Virus record (IMG/VR): IMGVR_UViG_2925639251_000002
DNA: 64,000 nt
DNA from: a virus
Strand: one strand, 5' to 3'
This document shows positions 22,023 through 32,259 of this stretch, one piece after another (the first letter of the stretch is position 1; each line of letters opens with the position of its first letter). Both the position numbers and the translations under genes were made by a program. Under the pieces are notes generated by a model. That model was not told the DNA's origin. It did no database searches and saw only the letters and a program-made list of their open reading frames with translations.

Positions 22023-22510
22023 TACAGTGGATCAGCGCTGCTTTCAATCTCTTCGACCTTCTGAAGGATAAGATTATTTGATTCTTCCTGCGATTTTTTT
22101 GATAACTCATCTATGTTTTGTTGCAGCATAACAGTGGCTTTACCCAGTTTTTCTAAACTCTCTTTAGGGAAGCTGTTGATAATCAAAGGGAAGAACTCTG
22201 AATCTACAAGTTTAAGATACCATTTGACTTTATTTTTAATGTCATTTGGAATGCCCAAGTCCGTAAATTCTTTAACTAGTGAAAAGAATGCCCATTGAAC
22301 TTGATTTATATCCTTAAATGATTTAATCCCTGCTTTTTTTGCTTCTTCTTGATCAGAAATCAATCCGGATAACATTTTTGTCAATCGAGAAGGAGAGAAG
22401 TATGGATAAATAAATACATGTACGTCATCAGTTAATTGGACTTTTTCTTTCTTGTCATATTTACTGACGCTCTCCTCAATTAAACCTAAATTCAACTTTT
22501 TTGATGTCAT
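22022..22510 (-). CDS. yomO: YomO-like protein (possible tail assembly chaperone)
   Basis: Synteny and size. Confidence 0.65.
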   Translation of the reverse strand: MTSKKLNLGLIEESVSKYDKKEKVQLTDDVHVFIYPYFSPSRLTKMLSGLISDQEEAKKAGIKSFKDINQVQWAFFSLVKEFTDLGIPNDIKNKVKWYLKLVDSEFFPLIINSFPKESLEKLGKATVMLQQNIDELSKKSQEESNNLILQKVEEIESSADPL

Positions 22511-22547
22511 CTTATTTCCTCCTTAAATATCCTCCATATAATATTTC

Positions 22548-22688
22548 TTAAGCAGCTACATAGTCTTCATTAGTAATCTTTTTATATTCTTCTGGAGTGA
22601 TATCTCCAAGTTCTACAGCCTTTTTTAGATCATCTTTAGTTGCCCATTCATACCGGTATGCCATTTCCCAAAATTCAAAATCAGTCAT
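22548..22688 (-). CDS. XkdX-family small protein (46 aa, MTDFEFWEMAYRYEWATKDDLKKAVELGDITPEEYKKITNEDYVAA)
   Basis: ITPEEYKKIT motif, AGGAG RBS; below the ORF track length cut-off; yomP position. Confidence 0.8.
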   Translation of the reverse strand: MTDFEFWEMAYRYEWATKDDLKKAVELGDITPEEYKKITNEDYVAA

Positions 22689-22689
22689 T

Positions 22690-23109
22690 TTATAACACTC
22701 CTAATTTTATAGAAACAACAGTTTTTCCGAGATTGGAAAGTTTGTTCTCTAATTGTGTATTTTTTAGTTTTTCCGATACCAATTGCTTACCTAACGCATC
22801 ATTCAGGGTTTTTAAATCTTCAATGGTTAACACTGGCTCAGGATGTGTTTCCGTCGTTGGCGGTATGACTTTATCCGCAATTAACTCTTCAGTGGTTTTA
22901 GCAACTACCTGACCATTTACAATCTTATAAAAGCCTTCCTCTAAATTTTCTCCGGTTACAAAAAAGTGTTTTGATAAATCATATTCATTACTATCAAAGT
23001 AGGAAGAGAGTTCTTTATTGCTGTCATCAGGCAAGCCAATGTTTCTTTTTATAATTTTTTTCGTTATTTTATCGATAATAAAAACGTTTATAGCAAACCC
23101 TCCTTTCAA
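22690..23109 (-). CDS. XkdW-like tail-fibre-associated protein (likely start ATA at 23091)
   Basis: Lies between fibre gene and XkdX; C-terminal LGKQLVSEKL coiled coil. Confidence 0.6.
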   Translation of the reverse strand: MKGGFAINVFIIDKITKKIIKRNIGLPDDSNKELSSYFDSNEYDLSKHFFVTGENLEEGFYKIVNGQVVAKTTEELIADKVIPPTTETHPEPVLTIEDLKTLNDALGKQLVSEKLKNTQLENKLSNLGKTVVSIKLGVL

Positions 23110-24050
23110 TATTTCAAACCAATAATGTATCTTAAGGCATCATCTGCTTGTATAATGCTTATTGAAGTATTTGAAGTAATGCTGGCAGAGAATTTCCCCC
23201 TAGAAGTAGAGACATTAATTGTGTCGGTCAGAGGCCTGAAGGTGTACGTGTAGAAACATCTAACTAATGAAGTTCTAACATCCCCAGTTGAAACTCCTCC
23301 AGTTACAACAAGAAGTTTCTTGTACTTTGTTATGTCATCTTTTAGAGTGACTTCACCTGTAGTAACACTTAATAAATCAGTTAAATAAACCTCATTCTGT
23401 AATTCGGTTATCTTATCATTAAGTAATTTTGCGCCTTCTCCGTTTAATACTTTGGAAGTATCTCCACTGGTAACAGAGGAAGTGATATCGCTCTTTAAAA
23501 GCCATGAATTTCTTTCAGTAGCGGTAACATGTTTAGTTGTATCACCAGCGTGCAAATCAAATTCACTTTTTGTAGCCTGCTTATCGTTAGTTAGATTACC
23601 TAGTCCGATTTGTGAGGCAGTAACACCATGTGGATTAGATTTATTGCTGGCATGGGTATCAGTGTAAGCTTTTGCATTAGTAAGTGCTTGATCAGCTTTT
23701 GATTGAGATCCTGTTGTTGTTTCTTTGGCGTTCCAAGTATTGCGTTCAGTGGTTGTAATATGTACATTAGTATCAGCGGTATGGGAGTCAAAATCTAATT
23801 TAGCTGCTTGCTCAATGTTTAATACTTTTCCTAGACCTAACTGATCCTTAGTAACTTGGTGCGGATTATTTTTATTTTCTGTATGACTCTTCAACTCATA
23901 ATTTTGTTTCTCTATGAATTCATCAACTATTTCAGTGAGCTTTTGTTCGTGAACAACCATATGCTTTTCGGCTTGTGTAGTGATTTCCTTTAGGTTGTTT
24001 ATTTGTTCATTGTTTTGTTTTAATTGACCAACAAATTTACTGCTACTCAT
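23106..24050 (-). CDS. yomR: YomR-like tail fibre/baseplate protein
   Basis: MSSSKFVGQLKQNN start; duplicated NPHxVTxxQxGLG and HxTxxERNxW fibre repeats. Confidence 0.7.
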   Translation of the reverse strand: MSSSKFVGQLKQNNEQINNLKEITTQAEKHMVVHEQKLTEIVDEFIEKQNYELKSHTENKNNPHQVTKDQLGLGKVLNIEQAAKLDFDSHTADTNVHITTTERNTWNAKETTTGSQSKADQALTNAKAYTDTHASNKSNPHGVTASQIGLGNLTNDKQATKSEFDLHAGDTTKHVTATERNSWLLKSDITSSVTSGDTSKVLNGEGAKLLNDKITELQNEVYLTDLLSVTTGEVTLKDDITKYKKLLVVTGGVSTGDVRTSLVRCFYTYTFRPLTDTINVSTSRGKFSASITSNTSISIIQADDALRYIIGLKY

Positions 24051-24415
24051 TAGCTCACCGCATTTCCTTTAACAGATATATCACCATTAACTGCGGAAAC
24101 TTCAAACATTACTTTAAACAGTCCAGCAATATCAAAGTCCCAATATTCATTTGTGCTCAATGTACTGCTGGCGAGTTGAAAATCAGTTTTGTTGGTGCCA
24201 CTTAAAGCAGTCTTTTCACCGTTTTCATCGACTGCATAGAATTTAACTTCCCGGGAAGTAGAGGAACCAGAGATCTTAACAGTAAGTTCCCGAAAATGAC
24301 TCACTACAAATTCTTCACCTTCTGATGGGGAAGTTGTTGCTTCATGAAATGTAAATGAAGTCTTGTCTGGAATCGTAACTACGACATTTTCAGTCGTTTC
24401 TGTCAACAACTCCAC
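24050..24415 (-). CDS. yomS: YomS-like structural protein
   Basis: TETTENVVVTIPDKTSFTFHE; synteny. Confidence 0.7.
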   Translation of the reverse strand: MELLTETTENVVVTIPDKTSFTFHEATTSPSEGEEFVVSHFRELTVKISGSSTSREVKFYAVDENGEKTALSGTNKTDFQLASSTLSTNEYWDFDIAGLFKVMFEVSAVNGDISVKGNAVS

Positions 24416-24423
24416 CTCCTTAA

Positions 24424-24451
24424 TTTGAATAAAAACTGTCTTTTATCTAGA
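24424..24451. repeat. 28-bp palindromic 11-6-11 site, copy 3
   Basis: TTTGAATAAAA-ACTGTC-TTTTATCTAGA. Confidence 0.7.
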
Positions 24452-24469
24452 AAAACAAGAGGGGAGGAC

Positions 24470-24697
24470 TTATTCAAAAAGCCCATCCTCTTGTAGCTTA
24501 TTCCATATACCTTCCCAAGCTGGGGTAGAAGAAGGGGATGACTGAAGCGAACTTAAAGGTTCGTATTCATTGAAGTCGCCTTCAAACCGTTGCTTGAAAT
24601 CATCAACACTGATATAGGATCCATCTGATAGCAATAGGAATTTTTGTTCCAAACCATCAAATTGTTTGAACAGACCACATACTTCATCAAATGTCAT
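24470..24697 (-). CDS. yomT: YomT-like protein
   Basis: MTFDEVCGLFKQFDG..., 75 aa from the internal ATG. Confidence 0.7.
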   Translation of the reverse strand: MTFDEVCGLFKQFDGLEQKFLLLSDGSYISVDDFKQRFEGDFNEYEPLSSLQSSPSSTPAWEGIWNKLQEDGLFE

Positions 24698-25308
24698 TAT
24701 TCCATCCCCCAAACAACGATTTTTAACCCAGTTAGATCAACTGTACCGGCTGCTTTAACTGTCAGATGTATTTTTGGAGCAGTGAAAGTTAATTGTTTTT
24801 GTAAAGGGTAATTCTGAACAAAAGCAATGCTGTTGAATAGAACAGAATTATCATTACCTGATGTAGTTGCAGAATAAAATGGGATGTTTTTCGGTACGGA
24901 ATAAATACTTGCTAAAACTTTGCTGTTTGAGCTGTCTGTTTGAGTTGAGTACATAGCAACACCGTAAGTTCTGAAAACACCAAGTGAATCGATTAGATCA
25001 ACTGTATAAGACTTAGTTGCACCTGTAGCTACGGTATCAGCATCAGTAACAACAAATTCAGAATAGGATTTTTGAACTTGGGTTTTAATTGCTGCAGTGT
25101 TTTTAACCAAAACAGGGACAGAAGCCGTATTAGTTAAATTTACATCAAGTGCAGTGTTGGCCACATTAACATTAAGAGGCTGGTCATTATTGAGACCAAC
25201 CTCCAAGGGGACAGTGGAACGTTCAATTGATACAGCTGTTATGGGATTACCTGTCCCATCATCTTTTGCAGAGGTGTATTTATCACCGTCCTGGTTTAAA
25301 AAAGCAAT
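24697..25308 (-). CDS. Hypothetical structural protein; frame extends upstream to a probable ATT start
   Basis: ORF 24697-25206 stays open 34 codons upstream (AFLNQDGDKYTSAKDDGTGNP...) to ATT 8 nt after AAGGAGG. Confidence 0.7.
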   Translation of the reverse strand: MAFLNQDGDKYTSAKDDGTGNPITAVSIERSTVPLEVGLNNDQPLNVNVANTALDVNLTNTASVPVLVKNTAAIKTQVQKSYSEFVVTDADTVATGATKSYTVDLIDSLGVFRTYGVAMYSTQTDSSNSKVLASIYSVPKNIPFYSATTSGNDNSVLFNSIAFVQNYPLQKQLTFTAPKIHLTVKAAGTVDLTGLKIVVWGME

Positions 25309-25325
25309 AATAAACGCCTCCTTAA

Positions 25326-26123
25326 TTATTCAGTTGTTCCGCCAAGATCTGAACTTTGAGATGAGCCAGTTCCTTCATCACTAGTGACAACGCCCTTTGT
25401 CCCATCAGCTTTACGTTTCACACGAGCAAAGTTACCGATTTTTCCGTTATTATCAGCAAGGGCTCGATAGCCGATTTCCGGAGTGTATGCATTTCCTGCT
25501 TCAAACGACATATCTGCTTCACCAGAGAAGTTTACTTTAGGGAGCTGAATATAAAGGTCACTGTAGATTTTTGAAGTCTTAGGATCGTATTCAATTGTGT
25601 GAATTTCAAAGTAGTAATTCTCAGAGAATTTTTCACCGTTAATTTCAACAGTCTCGGCTTCAACTTCAATTTGATAATGAACTGCTAAAGCTTCCCCCTT
25701 GGTTGCAAAGGTATCAGGCACAGTAACTGTTTTAGATGCAGCGTCAACTTCAATTTGATCTCCATCTTCGTTAGTTAATGAAACTTTAGACAATGGGAGA
25801 TATGAAAGGGTAACCGTACCAGTATCACTAACTGTTAAGCTTTCATCTTCCCACACAGAAATTGTTTCGTTTTCAATTTTTACACCTTGCTGCATTGCCA
25901 TGAAATCAAGATCAAAGAAAGCATTTCGGACATTACCCGATACTTCTTTACTTGAATTAATAACATACAGGTCTCGGTTACCCCATCCGCCTTTTAAAAA
26001 GTCTTGTTGAACTTGTTGGGAAAACTGAGTCATTTGTGTAACACCTGAAGCAATAACCTTATTATCGCTCAGACGTTTAGCTGTAATTTTTCCAACTTCA
26101 TGGATTACTGTTTGTTTTGCCAA
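25326..26123 (-). CDS. yomU: Major tail (tube) protein
   Basis: Beta-rich 265 aa with YIQLPKV motif; position after head-tail genes. Confidence 0.7.
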   Translation of the reverse strand: MAKQTVIHEVGKITAKRLSDNKVIASGVTQMTQFSQQVQQDFLKGGWGNRDLYVINSSKEVSGNVRNAFFDLDFMAMQQGVKIENETISVWEDESLTVSDTGTVTLSYLPLSKVSLTNEDGDQIEVDAASKTVTVPDTFATKGEALAVHYQIEVEAETVEINGEKFSENYYFEIHTIEYDPKTSKIYSDLYIQLPKVNFSGEADMSFEAGNAYTPEIGYRALADNNGKIGNFARVKRKADGTKGVVTSDEGTGSSQSSDLGGTTE

Positions 26124-26165
26124 ATTGTTTCCTCCTAAATAAAAATAAAAAGAGACTAAAGTTAA

Positions 26166-26876
26166 TTAGCCTCCGAATAATTGCTCGATATTTTTAGCAT
26201 CTTTAGTGCTCAGGTGATAAGACTCTTCCTTGTAAAGATTAATGTGACTGCTCCAATCACTCACTTTTACATCAGGAGAGACAGTAGCAAAAAGTGTGGT
26301 TGTGTTATAATTCATTACTTCAGCCATCCTGTAGAACGACAAATAAAGTTGATACATCGTCATTTCAGATATTTCTTCATATGTGTATCCGTTAAATGCA
26401 GCAACACAGCTTACTATATCCTTTAAATCACTTTGAGAATCTTGTTGCTTGAGTGATTTACTTATATCATGGAACTCCTGAAGTTCATCATTGTCAACGA
26501 CCTTGTCTTCAGTGATACAATGCATGTCTAGTATTAGTTTTCGGAGACGGGGAAAATTATGTTTTCCAATCAACGATAGGGAATCCTTGTTTATCAATAC
26601 TTTTGAAAAAACTTTGAAATAAGCCTCGTGAAAATCAGGGAGTACCGAATGTACAATTTCATAAAGATCTCTCTTTTTCATTTCAATGATAAATGGGTCA
26701 AGCGAGCCATCCTCATTAAACCTTGAATATTCTTTAATAAGACTTTTCTTATTCATGCTCAACATGCTTAGTTCTTTGGTGTAGAGAGGATAATCTTTTA
26801 AGCGGATGAAATCAATCTCACCTATTTCAGTCTGGATCGGTTTTCCCAAGAAAAAGAAATCCTTTAACTCATTCAT
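26166..26876 (-). CDS. yomV: YomV-like protein
   Basis: Synteny; YTYEEISEMTMYQ motif. Confidence 0.7.
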   Translation of the reverse strand: MNELKDFFFLGKPIQTEIGEIDFIRLKDYPLYTKELSMLSMNKKSLIKEYSRFNEDGSLDPFIIEMKKRDLYEIVHSVLPDFHEAYFKVFSKVLINKDSLSLIGKHNFPRLRKLILDMHCITEDKVVDNDELQEFHDISKSLKQQDSQSDLKDIVSCVAAFNGYTYEEISEMTMYQLYLSFYRMAEVMNYNTTTLFATVSPDVKVSDWSSHINLYKEESYHLSTKDAKNIEQLFGG

Positions 26877-27379
26877 TTGCTTGCTCCAAAAGTAAAGATC
26901 ATCTTGTAGCCCAGGTATCCGTCAGGAGGATTACTTATAAGCAAACGTCTATAATCTACAGTTACACCAAAACCAGCAATATTTTTATTGAAAAATAATT
27001 TTGAAACTCTGTCGATGATTTTCAAACTTCGATACTCAGATATCTCAAATGTATTAATGTGTGTGTATACATCGATCATCAATTCTTGATTTAACAACAT
27101 AAAGCTTTGGTTTGTCGGCTTAGGCAATGCATTCCCTAAATAAACACACATCCTACATAATGGTGAATCCGATAGATCATCTGTTTTAGGTGCTCGCTTG
27201 AATATGGTATTGATTATAGCGGGAGAGTCATTTGTGGAGTCATAATAATTTTCGAGTGATTGAACATCTGGATGAGAAGGGGAGAGAGGATCAGTTTTGT
27301 AATACAAGAGCCGATTCAGTTCAACATCATCCATAACTAATCTGAAGACTTTTGTCATCTGTTCAACAGTCATGCTCAT
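26873..27379 (-). CDS. yomW: YomW-like (possible tail terminator) protein
   Basis: Synteny and size. Confidence 0.7.
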   Translation of the reverse strand: MSMTVEQMTKVFRLVMDDVELNRLLYYKTDPLSPSHPDVQSLENYYDSTNDSPAIINTIFKRAPKTDDLSDSPLCRMCVYLGNALPKPTNQSFMLLNQELMIDVYTHINTFEISEYRSLKIIDRVSKLFFNKNIAGFGVTVDYRRLLISNPPDGYLGYKMIFTFGASK

Positions 27380-28035
27380 GTCTTTTCACCAACTTTCTTT
27401 TTGGCAACCAATTTTATTGTTCCATGATCTCCATAAACTTTAGAATAGTCTATATCATCGACTTGATAATCTTCGCCAAAGAAGGTGAGGGTAAGTCCAA
27501 TTTTCAATTTTTCATGAACAAGATAAGGAATTGTAATGTTTGCTTGACCATCTGGAAGATTTACAGCCAATTCAGTGCCATTTATTGAAGTTGTCCTTTC
27601 GAATATGCAGGGGACTTCAGTTTTTTCACCAGGTACTTTTTCATAAATTGGCTTACCAGTGATTTCGTTAATTTTGCCAGTATCGATTAGCTTGTCTTCT
27701 GAAGTAAGAAAAAATGATGTTCCACATATTTTTATCTCAGCCTTTTTGTAAATCTTATTACTGAGAGGGTGGGAGGTGATGAGCCATGTTTCATCATTAA
27801 ACTTAACAACTCCGCCACGATAAATGTCAGCAATTTCACCTAATATATATCTTGCAGAACCATCGCCACTAGAGTACTTAGAGGTGATCATTACTATTTT
27901 TTCGATTCCATCAATTGTGACTTTTTCAGATTCAACCCCCTTAAGGCCTTGTTGGAAAATAAGCTTACCATCATGAAGAAGTTTATTATTAATGTTAACC
28001 TTGTGGTAATTACTGTAGTCCTTCAATTGAATCAC
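27376..28035 (-). CDS. yomX: YomX-like head-tail protein
   Basis: Synteny and size. Confidence 0.7.
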   Translation of the reverse strand: MIQLKDYSNYHKVNINNKLLHDGKLIFQQGLKGVESEKVTIDGIEKIVMITSKYSSGDGSARYILGEIADIYRGGVVKFNDETWLITSHPLSNKIYKKAEIKICGTSFFLTSEDKLIDTGKINEITGKPIYEKVPGEKTEVPCIFERTTSINGTELAVNLPDGQANITIPYLVHEKLKIGLTLTFFGEDYQVDDIDYSKVYGDHGTIKLVAKKKVGEKT

Positions 28036-28264
28036 CGTCTGTTACTAAGTTATACTTAAGTCTGTTTAACTCCCCACTTACTGTTAAAATAGTGTCCCTG
28101 ATCTCTGTGAGTTCAGGATCACTTAGTAGCTTTTTATTAAGGTATTTCTCCAATTTGAAAAGGACTGAATTGTTTCTCTTACACAGTTTATTGCAAAAAA
28201 CATCTAAGTCCTCAAGCTTTATTTGTCCATCTTTATTTGCAGATTTAACTTTAATTGTACTCAT
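28010..28264 (-). CDS. yomY: YomY-like protein
   Basis: Synteny and size. Confidence 0.7.
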   Translation of the reverse strand: MSTIKVKSANKDGQIKLEDLDVFCNKLCKRNNSVLFKLEKYLNKKLLSDPELTEIRDTILTVSGELNRLKYNLVTDGDSIEGLQ

Positions 28265-28656
28265 AGATAATCCACCGCAGCATTCAATATCAAACGTTCA
28301 ATTTCGTTTTTCTGATCTATTACACTTTGTTTAAGGGAATTGATTTGTGTGCCAAAGTTTTTAATCCCCACGTCATTAGTGAATGGCTGCCACGTATTCT
28401 CAAACAATGTCTTTTTATTTAGCAAAAAGATGTATCTCAAGAAATGTGCAAGAATAAGAAGATCATCCTCCGATAATTCCCTATTTACAGTTTCTGTTGA
28501 ATCATCAGCTCTTAAATTGTCTCTGAGCCTGTTATTGAAATGAAGGATTGCATTTCGAATTGATTTATAAATGTCCTCTTCTTCTTGAGGAACATCAAAA
28601 TCAGATGTTTCACAGTTGTTTAAAAAGGTTTCCCATATTTGATCATAAGATGTCAT
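28261..28656 (-). CDS. yomZ: YomZ-like head-tail adaptor
   Basis: Synteny and size. Confidence 0.7.
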   Translation of the reverse strand: MTSYDQIWETFLNNCETSDFDVPQEEEDIYKSIRNAILHFNNRLRDNLRADDSTETVNRELSEDDLLILAHFLRYIFLLNKKTLFENTWQPFTNDVGIKNFGTQINSLKQSVIDQKNEIERLILNAAVDYL

Positions 28657-28670
28657 AAAAATCCCTCCTC

Positions 28671-29141
28671 TTAGTCAAAGAGAAGGGAAGGATCCGCGAC
28701 TCCCATCCAATCAGCCAAAACTTTTAATTTGCCTGCAGCAATGTCATCGCTAAATTCTGAAGCAACGTCAATAATAAATTGTTTCTCAGAATCCACTGTG
28801 ATTTTATCGAGCTTATTTTTTAGTTGAGCAATATTTCCTGATTTAATCATCTTTTCAATTTCTTCTTTGGTATGGATGTTATTTTCATAAGCCTCCGACT
28901 CAACAATAGAATCTTTAATTTCTTTGGTGGTATCATTATCTTCAACAATAACTAATTCACCTTTATCGAAACAAACGCTGTTCATTGTGAGCCATTCAAC
29001 AACTTCTTTTGGAACTTCTTTAATATCAGCCTTCCCATTTTTACTTCCAGCCCAAGTGTATTGTTTATGTCCGCCATCGCCGGTATACCCAACAAAATAA
29101 GACGTACTTCTGTATCGTGCTAACTTAATTTTTTCAGTCAA
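28671..29141 (-). CDS. yonA: YonA-like protein
   Basis: Synteny and size. Confidence 0.7.
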   Translation of the reverse strand: MTEKIKLARYRSTSYFVGYTGDGGHKQYTWAGSKNGKADIKEVPKEVVEWLTMNSVCFDKGELVIVEDNDTTKEIKDSIVESEAYENNIHTKEEIEKMIKSGNIAQLKNKLDKITVDSEKQFIIDVASEFSDDIAAGKLKVLADWMGVADPSLLFD

Positions 29142-29176
29142 ATTAATATCCTCCTAAAAAATCCTCATATTTTGAT

Positions 29177-30193
29177 TTAGATAGATACTGCAGCTTGTTC
29201 TTCAATAATTCCGATTGCTTCTCCAAAAAGAAGGTTAACAGAAGCATCTTGAACAATTTTCATTTTGATTCTTTCATCTTCGATATCTTGTTCTGTCAAT
29301 TGACGCAGTCCGCCATACTCAACAACAGAAAATGGTTTTTGAGAAACGCCGCCGGCAAACATATAACCTTTGTTGACAGGAAGTTCGACTTTACTATTTG
29401 TATCATCTGTAAATGGGTTAGTGAGGTTAACAGCAGTTGTTCTGCCGATAGTTGTTGGATTTAGAGCAGTAAGGAGCTCTCCTTTTACTTCTTCTGTTAA
29501 GAAGTTCTTAAACGTAGAGTCTGTTCCTTGTTGGAATGCGAAGTAGTCAATGAGAAGAGTGTCAGCGACGAAGATTGGTTTTCCACCATAACGTTGAAGC
29601 ACGGAAGCTACTTTGTTGTATTGCTGAAGAGTAAGGTTTGAGCCTGTTTGAACATTTTTTGCAGGGATTTTACCAGCTGTAATTGCGCTTGCAGTTAATT
29701 GATGAATTTTATCGAGGTACAAACGGACTTTAGCATCTGCGATATCATTCACCAATTTATTGAAGTAAACAATTGAATCTGTTACGAGATCTAGGGGTTC
29801 ATAATAGAAACCTGTTGACATAGTTTTCGGAACAGCAGGAACTGTTTCTTGTCCTTCAACACGAACCAAATCAACACCAGAGCCTGTAGCAGACCAAATG
29901 ACTTTTGCCTTATTCTTTTTTGGAATTTTAATTTCTTTAATATTGCCTCGTTTTTCTTGTTGGACATTGGCCAGAAGGGAGAGGAGCTGTGTTACTTTTG
30001 GTTTCGCAATTTCATCAGCTTGTTCAACGACAAGGTTATTAAATTGATGGAGCATGGAAGGGTCAGGTGTAGTACCGCCATCACCAAATACTTTCTTAAT
30101 GTAAGTTTGGATATCAGCTTGGTCTGTACCGTCCATTTTGTTATTTAATACACGGCTAAACAAGCCTTTGATTTTCACAGTATCTAATTTCAT
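29177..30193 (-). CDS. yonB: Major capsid protein (probable)
   Basis: 338 aa, position after portal, scaffold/protease and yonC. Confidence 0.75.
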   Translation of the reverse strand: MKLDTVKIKGLFSRVLNNKMDGTDQADIQTYIKKVFGDGGTTPDPSMLHQFNNLVVEQADEIAKPKVTQLLSLLANVQQEKRGNIKEIKIPKKNKAKVIWSATGSGVDLVRVEGQETVPAVPKTMSTGFYYEPLDLVTDSIVYFNKLVNDIADAKVRLYLDKIHQLTASAITAGKIPAKNVQTGSNLTLQQYNKVASVLQRYGGKPIFVADTLLIDYFAFQQGTDSTFKNFLTEEVKGELLTALNPTTIGRTTAVNLTNPFTDDTNSKVELPVNKGYMFAGGVSQKPFSVVEYGGLRQLTEQDIEDERIKMKIVQDASVNLLFGEAIGIIEEQAAVSI

Positions 30194-30231
30194 TTAAAAT
30201 ACTCCTTTTATTGAAATTTATTTGTTATGTA

Positions 30232-30768
30232 TTAGGCCTCGATTACTTCAAGGCGAACAAGCTTTTGTCCCATTGTGTAAACAAGGTCATCTTCATTATT
30301 TACAACTAGGAACTTAGCAGAAGAATCAGCATAATCCTCATGAGGTGAAGCAGGATCACTAAGAATATACTTTTGAGTAGCAATATCAAAGTGAGCTACC
30401 TGACCTTGTTTAACCTCAGTCACTCCTGTATTAAATGAAAATGCAGAAACATCAAAACGGGTATAAGCTGGCTCAAGGATAACAATTCGAGCATGTTCTC
30501 CTACACCGTTATAAAAATCTCTCATTGATTCACCAAGGTAGCGTGTTTCAGGAGATGCAATTAAATATGCTTTTTTTGTTTTATCTGATAGTTTCGAAGC
30601 TGTACGGTTCCCCTCAGCATCAAAACCAAGTTCAACAAGCATAAAGTTATCAATGTCTGAACCAGTCACTTTTGCACCGTGAGCAACTGTTTTGATTTTT
30701 AAAGAATTCAAGTTTCCAGTAGTATGATTACCTACTTCAGTAAGGGCTTTTTGTAATCTTGTAGCCAT
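30232..30768 (-). CDS. yonC: YonC-like head decoration/minor capsid protein
   Basis: Synteny and size. Confidence 0.7.
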   Translation of the reverse strand: MATRLQKALTEVGNHTTGNLNSLKIKTVAHGAKVTGSDIDNFMLVELGFDAEGNRTASKLSDKTKKAYLIASPETRYLGESMRDFYNGVGEHARIVILEPAYTRFDVSAFSFNTGVTEVKQGQVAHFDIATQKYILSDPASPHEDYADSSAKFLVVNNEDDLVYTMGQKLVRLEVIEA

Positions 30769-30792
30769 ATTTTATTCCTCCAAGTTTAAAAT

Positions 30793-32229
30793 TTATTGTG
30801 AAAAGCGTGATTCAAAAGAGTCATCGTTAGGGATTAAATTTTCCCGTTTACTTGAAAATTCTCTAATGGTTGTATTTGTTTCAGTAGGAACATTAACTAA
30901 ATCAACTAACATTGTGTTAAGTTGTAATACAGCTTTTTCTCCTTCTTCATCTTGTTTAACCGAAGCATGGATAAGGTTTTGTACTTCTTCTGTACTGAAT
31001 TTTTCCTCAGCATTTAAAGCTTCAAATTTCGCTTTATAGAATTCATTTTTCTCATTTAGTTTTTGCTCTAATAAAGTTTTCTCGTGTTTTTCTTTGTAAG
31101 GCTTCAATTGTTCCACTTCAGAATTTAATTGCACAAGCTTTTCACTAGCAGTGTTGAATTGCTGTTCAATATCTGCCTTATTCTTATTGATTTGATTTAC
31201 TTGATTCGTTAAACCTTTAATCTGTTCATCTTTTTGGTTAAGTTGTGTTTGAATAGGTTCAGGAAGAACTTCCTCCCAGTTACGTGTCATGAATACCTCG
31301 GCTTTACTATCAAAATCAATTGAAACAGTATCGCCTGTTCTTGTGTAATTGAACTTAAAATATTTGTCGTAGCTATTTTCATCTGACCAGCTATACACGT
31401 TTACGATGAAATATGTATCATATACATCTGCAATATAAGATGCTGACTCCTTGTCAAGGGTTGGATCTAATTGGTTATAAAGAAGTGTCCGAACGTCAGA
31501 ATGAGACAATTCAAATACTTTTCTAAACTTATTCATTTTTTCACCTTCCTCATTATTTTGTCTTGTAGCTGCTTGAGCAACTAATCTTTCAAATTGTTGA
31601 ATTTCATTAAAGCTAAGAAGTTTGGAAGAATCATAAGCGGGGAGGACAATGTCATGCTCTCCACGTTTCTCAGAATTTAAAATTGCATGACCTTCGAAAT
31701 AGATAGGGGACTGTAGGTGTTCAATGCCATCTTGCATACTGTAATTTGAATAAAGGATCTCACAACTTGTATTAATGTTAATACCCCGACCATACCATTC
31801 AAGTAAAAGTTCACATGCATCTTTAAATCGGGAGCTCCAAAGTATTGCATCTGCTGCCAATACTTCTTTTTTACCTTCTGGGGTTTCAATTTCAGTTATG
31901 TATCCCTCAGATGTAAAGACACCAATTGGAGCAGTATCTCTTTTTACTTCAAGTTCTCCGTGCTTGTCCGTGTCTAGATAAGCTTCATGAGTTCCTAATG
32001 CATCTGTAGAAGTATTTAATTCATCAACCTCGTAATATTTTGCAACAATCGGTTTATTAATAATTGTTGAAGCAGCTTCAAGAGCAACATCCTTAGAAAT
32101 TACTGCGTTATTGTGAGAGACATCGAAATCAAAAATGACAAAGCTACATGACAACTTTGTTGGGTCATCTGATGTTTTAATCTCATTCAATTGAAGTTGG
32201 CATAGTTTTTTCTTTTGCTTCTTTGTCAA
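30793..32229 (-). CDS. yonD: Prohead protease/scaffold protein (probable)
   Basis: Globular N-terminus plus long C-terminal coiled coil; lies between portal and capsid. Confidence 0.72.
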   Translation of the reverse strand: MTKKQKKKLCQLQLNEIKTSDDPTKLSCSFVIFDFDVSHNNAVISKDVALEAASTIINKPIVAKYYEVDELNTSTDALGTHEAYLDTDKHGELEVKRDTAPIGVFTSEGYITEIETPEGKKEVLAADAILWSSRFKDACELLLEWYGRGININTSCEILYSNYSMQDGIEHLQSPIYFEGHAILNSEKRGEHDIVLPAYDSSKLLSFNEIQQFERLVAQAATRQNNEEGEKMNKFRKVFELSHSDVRTLLYNQLDPTLDKESASYIADVYDTYFIVNVYSWSDENSYDKYFKFNYTRTGDTVSIDFDSKAEVFMTRNWEEVLPEPIQTQLNQKDEQIKGLTNQVNQINKNKADIEQQFNTASEKLVQLNSEVEQLKPYKEKHEKTLLEQKLNEKNEFYKAKFEALNAEEKFSTEEVQNLIHASVKQDEEGEKAVLQLNTMLVDLVNVPTETNTTIREFSSKRENLIPNDDSFESRFSQ

Positions 32230-32259
32230 ATAATTTCACCTCCCTTCAAAAGTGAAGTT

